Source: Owenia fusiformis (taxonomy: Eukaryota). From it: a stretch of 64,000 nt of DNA. Location of the stretch: the NCBI GenBank assembly GCA_903813345.2, contig CAIIXF020000001.1, positions 46,624,001 through 46,688,000 on the forward strand, written 5' to 3'. The notes under the pieces are model-generated. The model was not told the origin of the DNA and searched no databases. It saw only the letters and a list, made by a program, of their open reading frames with translations. Position numbers and translations under genes: made by a program. Positions 25,501 to 39,146 of the stretch are shown here, one piece after another (position 1 is the stretch's first letter; every line of letters begins with the position of its first letter).

Positions 25501-25736
25501 GAGTTCTTCTACAGGAAGTGAGAAAAATGTACAGATAAAAACAAAAATGAATCTCACAGAAAATAGCAGTTAAAACGACTCCCTGTACATCTAAAGTGTT
25601 CCATACCTTAATGTAAGTATAACACCTATCAACCTTGACTGGGAAACACTTTCCTACTGTCAAAACTGTCTGAACTGCTAGAAAATGGTACTGGACTCCA
25701 CAGATAAAAAATTGAAAAATTAAAAAATTTGTTACA
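22558..25736 (-). repeat. 5' LTR (3179 bp)
   Basis: Direct repeat of 16146-19324, followed on the minus strand by the PBS. Confidence 0.95.
22817..25073. repeat. Tandem array inside the 5' LTR
   Basis: Same monomer order and same private variants as 16405-18661. Confidence 0.97.
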
Positions 25737-25774
25737 CTATTATAAAACAGGTCTAAGGCTACACAATAATAAAT

Positions 25775-27985
25775 AACTAGATTTGTAAATTGAACAAAGT
25801 TCAATTTAAGACTCCAGATTGATTTACTTGAGTAAAGAGCTGAGTAAGTAACTGAGTAGGAAGCTGAGTAAGTAGATGATTAAGTAATTGAGTAAGTAGC
25901 TGAGTAGGTAGCTGAGTAAGCAGCTGAGCAGGTAGCTGAGTAAGTAGCTGAGTAGGTAGCGGAGTAAGTAGCTGAGTAGGTAGCTGAGTAGGTAGCTAAG
26001 TAGGTAGCCGAGTAGGTAAGTAGGTAGGTAAGAAGGAATTTTTGACCGGAAGTCAGATTGAAATTTGGTTTGCAGATTTGGATTCCTGAGAAAATTCTAC
26101 CCTTAATTCATAACTCATTTTATTTTGACCTACTTTACGGACACCATATCTCAAAAGTGGGTCAAAATACTCTCTGACGGCAAAAGGCTAACACTATAAG
26201 CACACTGTTTGCTACCTGTATACAAAATTTTGAAGCAAATCCTAAAAGTGTAGTGCCAGAATCGCAAAAATAAGGAAAAACTATGAATTTGACCTAGATT
26301 TTGACCTAGGCATTTTGGTGTCCAAATATTGAAACTAGGTAGCTTTTGAGGTCCCCTTCTTTTATAGGAATTCATTATCTTAAGCTGTACTCAATCTATA
26401 TCTCGTATTTTACACTTCAAAAAAATCTTTTTTCCTTGACTTTCTATCAGGATAACATCAGATCGATTTTTCTCGAAATTTCAAAACGCCATAACTTTCA
26501 AACCGGAAGTCGGATCGAAATTTAATTTAAAGATTCGGATTCCTGACAAAATTCTACCCCTTATTCATAACTCATACGTTAAATTTGGCGAATTTTTATT
26601 TTGACCTACTTTTGGACACGCCATAACTTTGGAACCGGAAGTCGGATCGAAATTTGATTTGCAGATTCGGATTCCTGAGAAAATTCTACTCTTAATTCAT
26701 AACTCATATGTAAAATTTGGAGAATTTTTTATTTTGACCTACTTTTCGGACACCATATCTCAAAAGTGGGTCAAAATACTCTTTGACGGCAAAAGGCTTA
26801 CACTATTAGCCCACTCTTTGCTACCTGTATACAAAATTTTGAAGCAAATCCTAAAAGTGTAGTGCCAGAATCGCAAAAATAAGGAAAAACTATGAATTTG
26901 ACCTAGATTTTGACCTAGGCATTTTGGTGTCCAAATATTGAAACTAGGTAGCTTTTGAGGTCCCCTTCTTTTATAGGAATTCATTATCTTAAGCTGTACT
27001 CAATCTATATCTCGTATTTTACACTTCAAAAAAATCTTTTTTCCTTGACTTTCTATCAGGATATCAACAGATCGATTTTTCTCAAAATTTTCAAAACGCC
27101 ATAACTTTCGAACCGGATGTCGGATCGGAATCTGGTTTGCAGATTCAGATTCCTGAGAAAATTCTACACTTATTTCATAGCTCATATGTTAAATTTGGTT
27201 AACTTTTTAGTTTGACCTACATTTCGGACACCATATCTCAAAAGTGGGTCAAAATACTTTCTGACGGCAAAAGGCTATCACTATAAGCACACTCTTTGCT
27301 ACCTGTATACAAAATTTTGAAGCAAATTATTTAAGTGTAGTGTCAGAATCGTAAAAATAAGAAAATGCTATAAATTTGACCTAGATTTTGACCTAGGCAT
27401 TTTGCTGTCCAAATTTTAAAGCTAGATAGCCTTCGAGGTCCCCTTCTTTTATAGGCTTTCATTATGTTAAGCTGTACTCAGTCTATATCTCGTATTTTAC
27501 ACTTCGAAGAAGTCTTTTTCCCCATTGACTTAACATGGGGCACCAAATTTAGCGATTTTGAGATTTCAAAATGCTATAACTTCTGAACCGGTAGTCGGAT
27601 CGAAATTTTGTTTGCAGATTCGGATTCCTGAGATAATTCTACACTTATTTGATAATTCACACGTTGAATTTGGAGAACTTTTTATGTTCTGACCTACTTT
27701 TCGGACGTCATTTCTCAAAATCGGTAAAAGTAATCAAAAAACGATTTGCCTTACGGAATTAGCTTTTTTTCTAAGGAACATGATGAAAAAAACCCGGAGC
27801 AAAAATACCGAAGGACGACTGAGAAAACTTGTAAAATAGTGAAAACCCACGATTTGACCTAGTTCTTGACCTTTGACCTAGATAAACATTTGACCTAATT
27901 TCCCAGAAACTAGGTTTCATTACCTAGTTGACTATGTTAGCAGATCTAAGTAAGTCCTTTTAGTTGCTGAGAAAAAGTGTTCGGA

Positions 27986-28021
<36 letters not shown>

Positions 28022-28075
28022 ATAATAGGAAAACTGGCAAAAGCAATAGACTCCAGATTTTCATCTGGAGTCTAA
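25775..28075 (+). mobile_element. HINE/pearl-like (Helentron-associated) element with internal tandem repeats
   Basis: 5' AGACTCCAGAT (25809-25819) inverted to ATCTGGAGTCT (28063-28073), which is part of a terminal hairpin; 12-bp GCTGAGTARGTA repeats (25838-26030); core units of about 478-609 bp; (AAAG)n at 27986-28021. Confidence 0.8.
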
Positions 28076-29327
28076 TAAAAAAACATCATCACTTGAATGT
28101 AACAAAAAAGTAATCAGACCTTTAAAATAATATCAAGATACAATCATCAGATAACCAACCAGAGGCACTTGGGATATTATATATTGTAAGGGTAATATAC
28201 ATACTGGAGATTTTAGTTTGGTTTATTCAAACCTTTTCAAGTTTGTGATGCACAATTCAAACACTTTTAAATTTCAATGTGAACACTTTTTCTTAGTAAC
28301 AAATTTGTTATCTAAATCATACCTACATGTTGAAAAACTTTGAAATGTGAACACCTGCTAATCCAAACACTTTTGGCTCGTCCCAGAGGCATTCAAATTA
28401 GACAGGTTTTACTGTATTGGTAATGGACTTGATTCAGGGTATGCACCAATAGATAATATGTTTCTGAATTTGAACATGGGCAACATCTGAGTCTTGTAGT
28501 ATGTCCTCATCATCACTCATGCCAAACATATACCTTCACAAGACTGGGGAAATACAGTATGTGGGATAAAGACTTATTGCAAGACTGCTTCTGTCTATCA
28601 AAGTATACTGCCTTTGATTTTCTCATCAAGTGAGTACAAAATTTTCTTTTTCACCGTTGTGGGATCTACAGTCTGTTATATCCCTTAGAATAGACAAGCT
28701 TTAGATAATATAGAGACAAAGCAGAATGCTCTTTTGGAATTTTGGCAAAAATGTTGTCAGTTTTCATATATTTTCTAATTTTCAAGAGTGTGCAAGGCAA
28801 CCTTCACACTGTGATTTTGGTGCAATGGGTTATTCAATTCTGGGGAGATAACAGCATCATAAGTAGGAGGATGAATATTACCTGGTTTACCTGAGGTGCA
28901 GACCCGAATGGTAATTCAATTAGAAGTGTCTAATAGATCTAACCTCTTGTTAACCTATCAATTTATTGCCAGAGGATGCTCAAGATAACATGTGATTTGT
29001 AGTACTCTAGACATCTTTTATCTCCTCTTATATGCAATTCTGTTTTTTTAATTCTTTATCTCAGATAAACCATGCATGGGTGATCAAGGCCAAAATGAAG
29101 GTAATATGTTCAAATTGTTAAAGTTAAGAAATCATGATCTTGTAATAGGTATTTGTTTCTCAACCAGTTTTCGGTCCTTTCCCTTTGGCATTTGTGCTAA
29201 GATATCCATATGTTTTCTATCTCTGTATACAATGTGTTCTTTTAAGTATGATATCTGGATCCCCGATGTCTGTAGTAAGCTGTTTGAGTAGCATTTTTGA
29301 ATTGAAATGAGGTAAATAGGTAAATAT

Positions 29328-30056
29328 AAACAAGGCACAGGACGTGAACGAGATCACACCATCAAATAGACAGACACTATGAACCAGGAAAACTGTTCTC
29401 CTATTATGTTTACAAATTTGAAGAACAAGAAAACAAGATGGCCGCCCAAAAGTTAATCAGCTCTAGTACTTGATATCCTCTATCATTTGTGTAAATTTGA
29501 AGGAAATCCGATGAGCGGTTTTCCTGAAATGGCGATGACAAGATTTTTCAAAAAACCTTCAAAATGGCCACCAGAAAACAAGATGGCCACCCAAAAGTTA
29601 ATCAGCTCTAGTACTTGATATCCTCTAACATTTGTGTAAATTTGAAGGAAATCCGATGAGCGGATTTTCTGAAATGGCGATGATAAGATTTTTCGAAAAA
29701 TCTTCAAGATGGCTGCCAGAAAACAAGATGGCCGCCCAAAAGTTGGTCAGCTCTAGTACTTGATATCCTCTATCATTTGTGTAAATTTGAAGGAAATCCA
29801 ATGAACAGTTTTCCTGAAATGGCGATGACAAGATTTTTCGAAAAACCTTCAAAATGGCCACCAGAAAACAAGATGGCCACCCAAAAGTTAATCAGCTCTA
29901 GTACTTCATATGCTCTATCATCTCTGCGAATTTGGAGAAAATCTGATGAGCAGTTTTCCTTAAACGGCGATGACAAAAAGCGGGACGATCACGATCACGA
30001 CCACGATCACGACCACGACCAGTATGACGACTATATCCCACCGATGGTGTGATAAA
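29328..30056 (+). mobile_element. HINE/pearl-like element with 145-bp core repeats
   Basis: Subterminal IR ATCACACCATC (29354) vs GATGGTGTGAT (30043); AAAACAAGATGGCC at 29430, 29575, 29720, 29865; (GAYCAC)n microsatellite; 3' palindrome. Confidence 0.85.
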
Positions 30057-31278
30057 AAAAATTGTACTATAGGCCTAAATCTTGCATTAAAAATGGTCAA
30101 ACAATTAGCAAGTAGAATGTGTATGGTAATGGTATAGTAGCATAAATAATATTTGGCATATACAAGTTTAAGTATATAAGACTTAGCAGCCAAATAGAAT
30201 CTATCTTATCATGCTACATGCAAATATTTGTCCCACTATAAAATGTTTAACAACTTAAAAATGCATGTTTTGAGATACAAATCAAAAATATGTATATTTT
30301 CATCAAAACATGATGAAAACAAACATTTCTTTAGTTGTAGTGTATATACTGAGATATATTGAATATGCCAATGCAAATATAGGGTATCTCCTATGATACC
30401 ATCTTATCCAAATGTTTAATTTATTTTAAAGCTAAATGTAATCAAAAAATCTAAGAGTGATAAAAATACAGTGCATAACATTCTACATGAAACAAATCTT
30501 CAAGTAAGAGATTTATCTTCATAACGTATACCTTTCCAATTCACCAAAATGTTCTTTTTTGAGACAAAATCTGGTATATTTCTGCCAAAATAGGTACCCT
30601 ACAGCCAGAAACCTGATGATTTACACAAATCACATGTATCAGACAGTCTAACTAATGCAAAAAAATTAACATATGATGCTTAAAAGTAGTGTTTTAATAC
30701 TTTGGGGATAGCCACAGTTAAAAATCTGATGCTAGCTGCCACTCCCTTTGACCTGATAATCAAGGCATTTCTCAATGAGGTCATCATAAGGTCATAGCTA
30801 ATGTTTCACATTTGGGTTTTTTAAAAAGAAAACTAATAATTTTTACAACTGAAATTAACAATCCAGTAAACCGATAAAGAAAGATTTGAAAGAAGTTTGA
30901 AAAAGTTAATTTTGAATTTCTAAAGGTTTTGATATTGCTACAATTTATTAAAAGAAGTTTAATATGTTTGGGGTTCATTTTGCTTTTTCAAAATTCCCAA
31001 ATTGTGAAGTTTGCCTTATAACTTTGCATGTGTTAAACTATACATTTGTTCGTATTGAGAAAATGACAATTTTTAGGGAACATCAGAGGGGATCAAATGT
31101 ATCCCTTCACTGGCATTTGCCTGGTGATGTATATGTATTCGAAGACAAGAGGTGAGAGGCTATCAATACAGAAGAACCACTGAAAGACAGTGGTCTCCCC
31201 TCCTCTGAAGCTAGTAGGTTCTACATCCATAGAGTTATACCTACTTGAAATTGTTGTATCACCCATTTCAACATTAAG

Positions 31279-31383
31279 GCAAGGCATTGACATGCAAAAT
31301 GTTACCACCTACCATTTGTCCCTGATGCCAACTGCCAATGATGACCGCCGAATACCAAACGCCACTTCTGGTGGTGACATAAG
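31279..31383 (+). mobile_element. Minimal HINE/pearl-like element
   Basis: CAAGGCATTGACATGCAAAATGTTACCACC...GGTGGTGACATAA, same ends as 4543-4658. Confidence 0.6.
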
Positions 31384-34300
31384 AAATCATGAAATATTAA
31401 CATATGATGGCCAACTTTTATCAGAACCATAAGAGAAAAATTTTATATATAATATAAAGCAGGGAAAATGGTTTTTAGTAATTAGATGAAGCTTTCTTTT
31501 GGAGAGTGCAAGAAAACTACTGAATATCATACTACATCTAGGCCTACAATATTTAGGGCACACCCCTTAAGAAGATAGTTGATCACTTGACTTCTTGTTG
31601 CTATCAAATTGAAGGTTAAGATCAGTCAGGAATGTCAAGGTAGCTAATCTGGTTTATAACAACTGTTTTAGATGCAAGGACATAATCCAGAATACCGATG
31701 ATATCATTTACAAGTATGCATGTACATGTACATTATTAACTATTTTCACGATTTGATTTGACATTACAATTATATCAAATAAGGGATCCTCTTTTCATCC
31801 AGTTTTGTCCAAAATACAACCACCTAATCAAAATTGCATTTTTTGCATTCATGTTTTATACTTGACATTTATTTTAAAATTTAAGCCTACTGAAAGGTCA
31901 CGACAGTTACACTTCTAGGGTATTTTGTTAGAAATTAATAATTCAGCAAAGTGGCCACAATATTTTCAAAATGATGTTGAGGTTAACTTGATGGCAAAAC
32001 AACAAAACCGCTACAGTTACATTTTTATAACAACTTGAGACATTTTTCAAGTGCCCTCATTCAAAATTTTATTAGAATATATTTGCAATGTTTAAAACAT
32101 ATTCAGATCAATGTGATACTTGAATATGTTTCATTTCATATTTCAACACAATCTACACATTGAAAACATTTCTCATTCATCAACTCAACCTTAAAACAAT
32201 AAAATATACATTAAAAAAAGGTGTCAAACACTTCAAAAACGATTTGGTACATTATATTAGGTACTTAATGTCATTCTGTTACCATCCTATTTTTACATCT
32301 CATGAAGAAATTGAGATTATAATATAGAGTTTACATGTACATTAAAGTACATATAGAGATGGGCTTCATGGATCTTCTTGGGCTTCATGGATAGATCATA
32401 TTTTCATGTTTCATATTTTATTTTCATTTGTCATCATCTGTGATATTCTTTGTCTGCAAGAATGTCACAATATTCAAGCCTACATGTAAAATACTAAATT
32501 TTAATTAAATTCTTCATTCCATTTGTTTTCAAGAAAACAAGAGCTAAGCATAACATATTAGCCTTCCCCTAAATCTACAGGTTGAAACAACTAGAGACTC
32601 CATATAGATCCACCGTGAGATATCACAGCCTTCTCTAAGTTTCCTTTTTCTTGTGCATGGCAGAGATGGTCTGAGTATCAGAATGATATAGATCACAATG
32701 AGCCAAACTTATCATTCATATCAAGCATTAGTCACTGAGGATTTTTAAAGAGCTATGGACACATCCTTGGTCCAAAGGGTATTTCACTTCTTTCCATACC
32801 CTTGCTGAATTTAAGCATAAATGAAGTCCTTTGAAGAAGGATGCTATGAACATACCTATAATTGAATTATTGAACTCTTGGGGTCAAAATGCCTGTCAAC
32901 ATCCATGTCAAAACACAACTAAAGATCAAAGTAGGGTGAATATGTGTCCAAATAGATAGAACTGATTAATGGTTGTTTGCTGCCAAATACTCGATCAACT
33001 AATAACTTTTGTCACCTTTATATGAATTTCATATTTCAGAATTTCTAAAATATGTCACTTACAAAAATTAAGGTAATAAAAGGAGAGCAACTATCTGACT
33101 ATGTATGTCAATAAGGCCTTGTGGGAGGGATATATGTGGTGTTAGTCCTTGAGAATTTCTTGTGGTTTTACTACAGCTTTTGATAGTATCAGAAAACATG
33201 AATGGAGAACTCCCTTGTTTGGTGGTATACATCAAGGAGGTGAACTTTTGCCTTTGTGGTTGAACCACAATTATAACCCTTTCATAATAAAGTCAAATAA
33301 ACAAGTATAATAATACAACTCTATAAAAAATGAAAATACCTTTCACCAAGAAGACTAAGTTCTGAAATGTACATTTATATAATTCATGGTAAAGCAAGCA
33401 TGAAACCAATATATAGTTTCCTTTTGATGTGGACCAAACCTACATAATTTTACACTTAATTTTCATGAAAAATGTTTTTAAATTAGGCATATCAAAGTGA
33501 ACAACCATTGTACATTAACTCAGAAAATACTTCCAATTTCCGCATCAATTCAAATGTGCCAAGAAACACATAAAACAGAGGGGGTCAATATCAAATTTAT
33601 AGACATGCAATTTAGTCTTGATACAAAAATTGCAATGTTGGTGCAATGGCGCTATATAAAAAGTGACATATTGGCTTTTCTTCTCAATCAAGAAGGAATG
33701 TTTTTTCTATTTGTGTACAAGGTTTCTACTTTCACTTCAGAATCAAATTAAGTCATTGAAAAATGGGTTGGACTCTATATTGGCATTCATTTCAAATATA
33801 CTTAAAAGACCTCTATTAAAATGAAATAACCAAGAAACTTATGATTTCAAGGATTTTCATACTTATAAATGCTACAGGTGTGAATTACAAAATCTAATAA
33901 AAAACTATATTTACTTATTCGAAACAGTATAATGTTGCACTGAATATATGAACAGATGAAGGACAAATGTCAATTTTACAAGTGCTTTTAGAATTTGGAC
34001 AAAGGCATTCTCTACTTACCTTAAAATTCAAATTTGATTTAAAGTATAGTTTACCTTCTCAAATATTAATAAAAAACTGTTAATATGCATATACTTTATT
34101 TAGTATGTGGTTACAGTAAAAAGTAGTTTAACACTAAAATGATAACCTACTTCTTATCGGATTTAACAGTATTCAGAAATCCCTTCAATAGGCCATAAGT
34201 ACATCAAAACATCATAAATATTTGAAATAGTTTTAAGTTATATTTTATTAGTTATGGGTCTTCTCAATAAATTGCAACGCTATCCTTTACTTGAATTTGA

Positions 34301-37300
34301 TATTTTTTCTTTAAAAGGGCGCTTTATATAACTAGACAATCACTGTGCTAGGGTATGTAGCTAGGATACTGCAGAGATTTCCCCAAGATTAAAAATCAAC
34401 TGCGTGCTACAACATGTTGAAATCTTGAAAATGCCATCTTATTGAGAGTATCAAAAAGCCGGGGATATCAGTATCTATAGAGGAAATCTTGAAAAGCTTA
34501 AATGTTGGTAAGCATTTAGTTTGACTTAATATCTCAGAGAGAGAACTTTGTCTGTATAAGAAATAATCCTTTAAATAATGAATATAGCCATCTAATCATA
34601 ATATATAGTCAGGAAACAACTCTAAAATTTGATTGATGTCATATTGCACTATTATATATACTGCCTGACCTATATATATATTACACATAAGTGAAACTAA
34701 CATGAAATGGAAGCTACTACTCAGGTCATATAGACTTTTCAAGCAAAAAAACTATAAATTCATTTGAGGTATATGTGCTCAGAGAGTAGTTATTGTTACT
34801 GATCCTCAGGGTTTGAGCCAGATGATAGTAATTCACTCCATATGTTTACATATACATATGCTTAGGTAATAATCACTCTTAAAGAGATTTACAAATGTTA
34901 TAGTAGGTGGGGCCTCAAGGTCGTTATAATATTTACCTTGGAGTTAACATTCTTGAATCTCAAGATGGAACTAATTAGAAGTAACATTAATTGGCATTAG
35001 CATTAGTCATTTTAGAGTAATGCTGAAGTGGAGGTTTATCTCAGTAAGGTCCCCAAAACAAGAGGCCAAAAGAATAATAATTCATGTTTTAACAGAACAA
35101 TTCATATTTTTACAAGGTATAAGAATTTGTAGCTTACTGACTCCCTAACAAGTAAGGCAGAAGGAGTGTAACGAAATAAAAAAAACAATTCAGATAGATA
35201 CCCATCCAGACGATACATGAACATCTGATCAACCATTCTTCATAAATTTTTAAACTACAAAATCTATCATCTGAAAGTAGCTATAATTCCTCTCAAAGGA
35301 TTTTGAAGATACGTGTAAACAGGGCACTTTTTGAAAACACGCGTAAAGGGTAAAGAATAGTAAACTCAAATATGTGAGTTAATATCAAAACAAAAGCCTC
35401 TTAATTAATCTCTGGAAGACCTTACAAATCACAAGTATTAGATAAAGAAATACTCTGAAAAATCAGTATGGAATATGTCTACTGAATACAGAATAATTTA
35501 AAAATTGCAAAATGAAAAATTGGAATGTCACATTTTGGCAAAAATTGACTAACAGATCAGGTTTTGCTTTGTACCTTCAGTTTTCTCAGCCAATTCTTAT
35601 AAATAAAATCATCTTTATGTTCTTGGTATAAAACATACAGTACAATCCCTATATTGTCATTTGATTCCTTGACTTATTCTAGAACTGTTAACTTCCACTG
35701 AACCATCATAAAGATATTTGTTTTACAGTTTTTTTACAAGGCTAACAAAAATATCTCCTTAGAAAGTGGAGAATAATATTTGACTTATGTTGTTGCAATA
35801 GGTTTGACCTTTACATTCCCATTTAGACACTTTGACTTATAGGTTAAAGTCATTTATCAGAGAGTTTAGATGAAAAGCAAATTGATTTGTTGAAGTGTTT
35901 CTCCATTTTTCAGATGAGTCTAATGTTTACAAGTTAGCAAACTCATAATTGTTGATCAGTCTCTGAATTTTCTATCTTCATAGAATTTTTCTATGAAAAA
36001 GAAATTGCTAGCACATCAAACATCATTTTCAGTAGATCAGACATATTAGTTGTAATAATCTTATCTAGTTTCTCTCCATGAGTTTCCTTTTTGGCCTCTG
36101 TAAAGGCTTTCAACTGACCGCCACATGCTATAAGCTAAAAAGCTTTTAAGGCCCTTACCAAATATTATACATAACATAAAAGGTCTAAAAATCGTAACAA
36201 TATTTAACTGTACATAATGCCCTAGGTTATAATACTTCTGATATTAAGTTGAAGTGATCAGGATTTGGCCTGGCTGGCTTCTTATAAAAGGAATATTTAA
36301 ATTATTTAACAGTTGAAGCACACTCCATTGGATTTTGTCTGAATTAATAAAAACAAGACTTGGTCTAATAATCAACATTTTCTAAGTGTAATCTGCCACG
36401 TGCTGTGTGCTTACATGATATATAATACGATCAAAACTTAAAAGTGAAAATATGATTTTTACAATGCTTACTGTATCATGAGAAGAAAATTGACCAGAAC
36501 TTTTTTGTTAAAAGTATAAATAAGACCCCAATTAAAAGAAAAGATCCGAAAACCCAATCTTACAAAAGTTGATGAATAAAATGTATACCATGTGTTTTAC
36601 TATAGTACATGATCATCGGAGAGAAAAGCTGAATGTTAACTGTAAAAAATATGAGTTTGATATATTACTATGAATGCAAAACTGACACAATAAATGTTTA
36701 AGTTAAATACACCACAACTTCTCATTTTCATTCATGTAACTTTTTTACATTCATAGACAGTGTTAAACACGATCAAGTTTAAAAGATCAACTTTTTCAGT
36801 ATATGTACTATACAAACTGTATATACTTGAAATTTAAATGTAAGGTACTTGTTTAAACTGCATACCTTAAAACTTGACCCCTGGATTTTAGTACAAATAC
36901 AGATGAAGTTTTTTAAATGATGATTTTTGAAACAGATAAAGTACAAACAAACAAAACAATAGACTTTTGATATAATAAAATAATTGATTGTGTCAATTTG
37001 TCACAATGTATGTAACATTTTTAATCTAGAACCTTTTACAGCTTTAGACCCAGTTTTTTTTCAAAATCACTTTAGATCTAGTTTGCATCAAATCATTGAC
37101 ATTAGAAGTGATATACTGCTTTGAGCTTTGCTTTCAAGCAAACAAATCCTTTTGTACCCTTTCAAATAATTTGATTTCAATGCTTTAATACAGAGAGCTT
37201 CGTTTTCATAATCAAGGTAATCCAGTTAAAAATTCATGCATTTTTAGAAAGTCAGAGAATGGAAATGTCAGAGATTGGTAAAGCAAACCCTGATCTGTTT

Positions 37301-38270
37301 GTCTCTGCTATTATTTCACTCCATTAGGTTATCACTCAAAGGAGATATTCATGTTAATAGCATGGGTTTATAAATACAAACTAAATGGACCTAATTATAG
37401 GATACAACGGACAAGTTATAAGCTTGTTTTCACTGCATTTGATGATTTATCAGTGCAATCAAAAAGATAACAGTCACCGTGACTCACTGACTCTCAATCA
37501 AGCCTATTATGTTACTGTATCTTTTATGTAAAGTGAGTTCGTACAACAGAAACAACCTCTGATTGTCTCATTTCTGGGAAGAAATCTTTTATAGATACGA
37601 AACCAAGCCCATGACGAAACATTGATACAGCTACAATTCTTAGAGATTACCATTCATGTACTGTAGTTGAGTATTGGTTTTCCATGTTTGAATGCCCACA
37701 CAAAAATAGAAGTTATAGATACTGTTCGGTTCCTGACCATCGAGAGCATATTCTTTTCAGAACAAAGATTGCTTGTTGATTGTCTAATAAAGTGGCACAC
37801 AAACTTTCCCACAGTTTTCTGCCAGTAGTGGTCATTTTATCTTGGTAATGGGTCGTCGGTGAAAAAACTGGAAGCTGTATGGTAAGTTAGAATATCATGT
37901 CACTTTTGCATTTAAACTGCCTGAAGATGGAGAATGTGAAATACAAGTACATAATACTTGCACAATGTTGACCTCAGAAGTTGCATGGGTTTTCAAGAGA
38001 ATGCTCTTGAATGGCAAGCTGAAGCTATCCTACAAATTTCAGAATTACAACACAGGTGCAAAATGAGAAGCAATCAAAAATGAAAAGTTTATGAATACAT
38101 TATTCAATGAGGGAATCATTTTTCATTTTGCGGCATACTGATGCACAAAAAATTCGTGATTTTCAAGAAATGAAACGATCTAAATTGAAAGTTGAAACCA
38201 GATCAAAATTTTCAAAAAAATTTCAAAAATTTCAATTCTCATTGAAATGAGAAATAAAGTGAAAACTCAC

Positions 38271-38343
38271 CTGTATCTTGTCCATATGCCATAAAAACAT
38301 TAAGTAATCCAAGAAGCGTTAATAAAGTACTATATTTCCACAT
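38271..38343 (-). CDS. LAMA1/2-like: Laminin alpha-1/2-type chain, probable coding exon 1 (signal peptide)
   Basis: Too short for the ORF track. ATG at 38343 gives MWKYSTLLTLLGLLNVFMAYGQDT plus 1 nt, then a strong donor AG|GTGAGT; phase 1 joins exon 2 in frame (G+TT=Val). Implies a 23.7-kb first intron; the linkage is inferred. Confidence 0.75.
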
Positions 38344-39146
38344 GTTGATTGACTTTTGGCTACTTTGGAAGCCTAAAATCATCCCTGGTGTACTCCAGCA
38401 ATTCGCATGTGCCGCTTCTTCTGCAGAATGTAAACACTCAATAGATGGCGTTGTCCTAATTGTTCAATATTGATACGATGGCCCATAATATGATAACGTC
38501 AAATATATAAACGAAATTATATTTGTTTTATAAATTTTTGACCATGTTTTGTTCACATTACAGTAGTCTAATCAATTTTGAATAATTATTGAATTTTGAT
38601 TTTGTTATGATCAGTTCCAATGATGCAACTGCTGTCACTGGCTGATCCGAGGGGGGAGGATCAGAATATGTTTTATATACATCCAATGATGGATGATGGC
38701 CTCTTGAAAATTCTCTTACTTTTAGCATGGGAAATCCTCAATTTAGTAAATCCATGACTCATTTCTTTATGGTCCAAGCTGTAAATTGGGCACTTTAGGG
38801 AACTTACTGATCACTGGGCATTTTTTAAAATCTCTCAATCTCTTTTTGAAATTGGGCCCAAAATTCCAGATATTGTGCCAAAATTCTCAAAATTGGAGGT
38901 CAAAATTTAAAAATTGGGGCCCAAAACCTTTTCCAAACCTGCCCCTGATTGTGTATAATCCTCGATGGGTAAGTGCATGGTATTGAGTGTGAGAGAGAGT
39001 GCATTGTCTACATTATGTCACACACAAATGTTTTCTTCAAGTCATATAAGGATAGGGGGATAATTTTCAGGCTAAAAATGTCAATGTAATACTCTCTAAT
39101 GCTCAACTGTTACAAATACAAAGGGAAAAGTAGTATACATTATTAG

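Larger units (their letters stand above)
16146..25736 (-). mobile_element. Non-autonomous Gypsy/Ty3-type LTR retrotransposon (9591 bp), gag-protease only
   Basis: Two 3179-bp direct repeats at offset 6412 with TGTAACA...TGTTACA termini; PBS and PPT abut the inner LTR ends; single ORF with capsid-like region, CCHC knuckle and aspartic protease. Confidence 0.95.

Noticed and set aside
16146..25736. Possibility that the 3.2-kb duplication is a plain tandem duplication or assembly error
   Set aside because: Boundaries are TG...CA with 7-bp inverted ends, and PBS and PPT sit exactly at the inner edges.
26151..26984. Two near-identical 74-aa ORFs
   Set aside because: They lie in the core tandem repeats of a non-autonomous element.
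38435..38455. CTCF/YY1-like AATAGATGGCG upstream of the laminin ATG
   Set aside because: Short motif with plausible location but no independent support.
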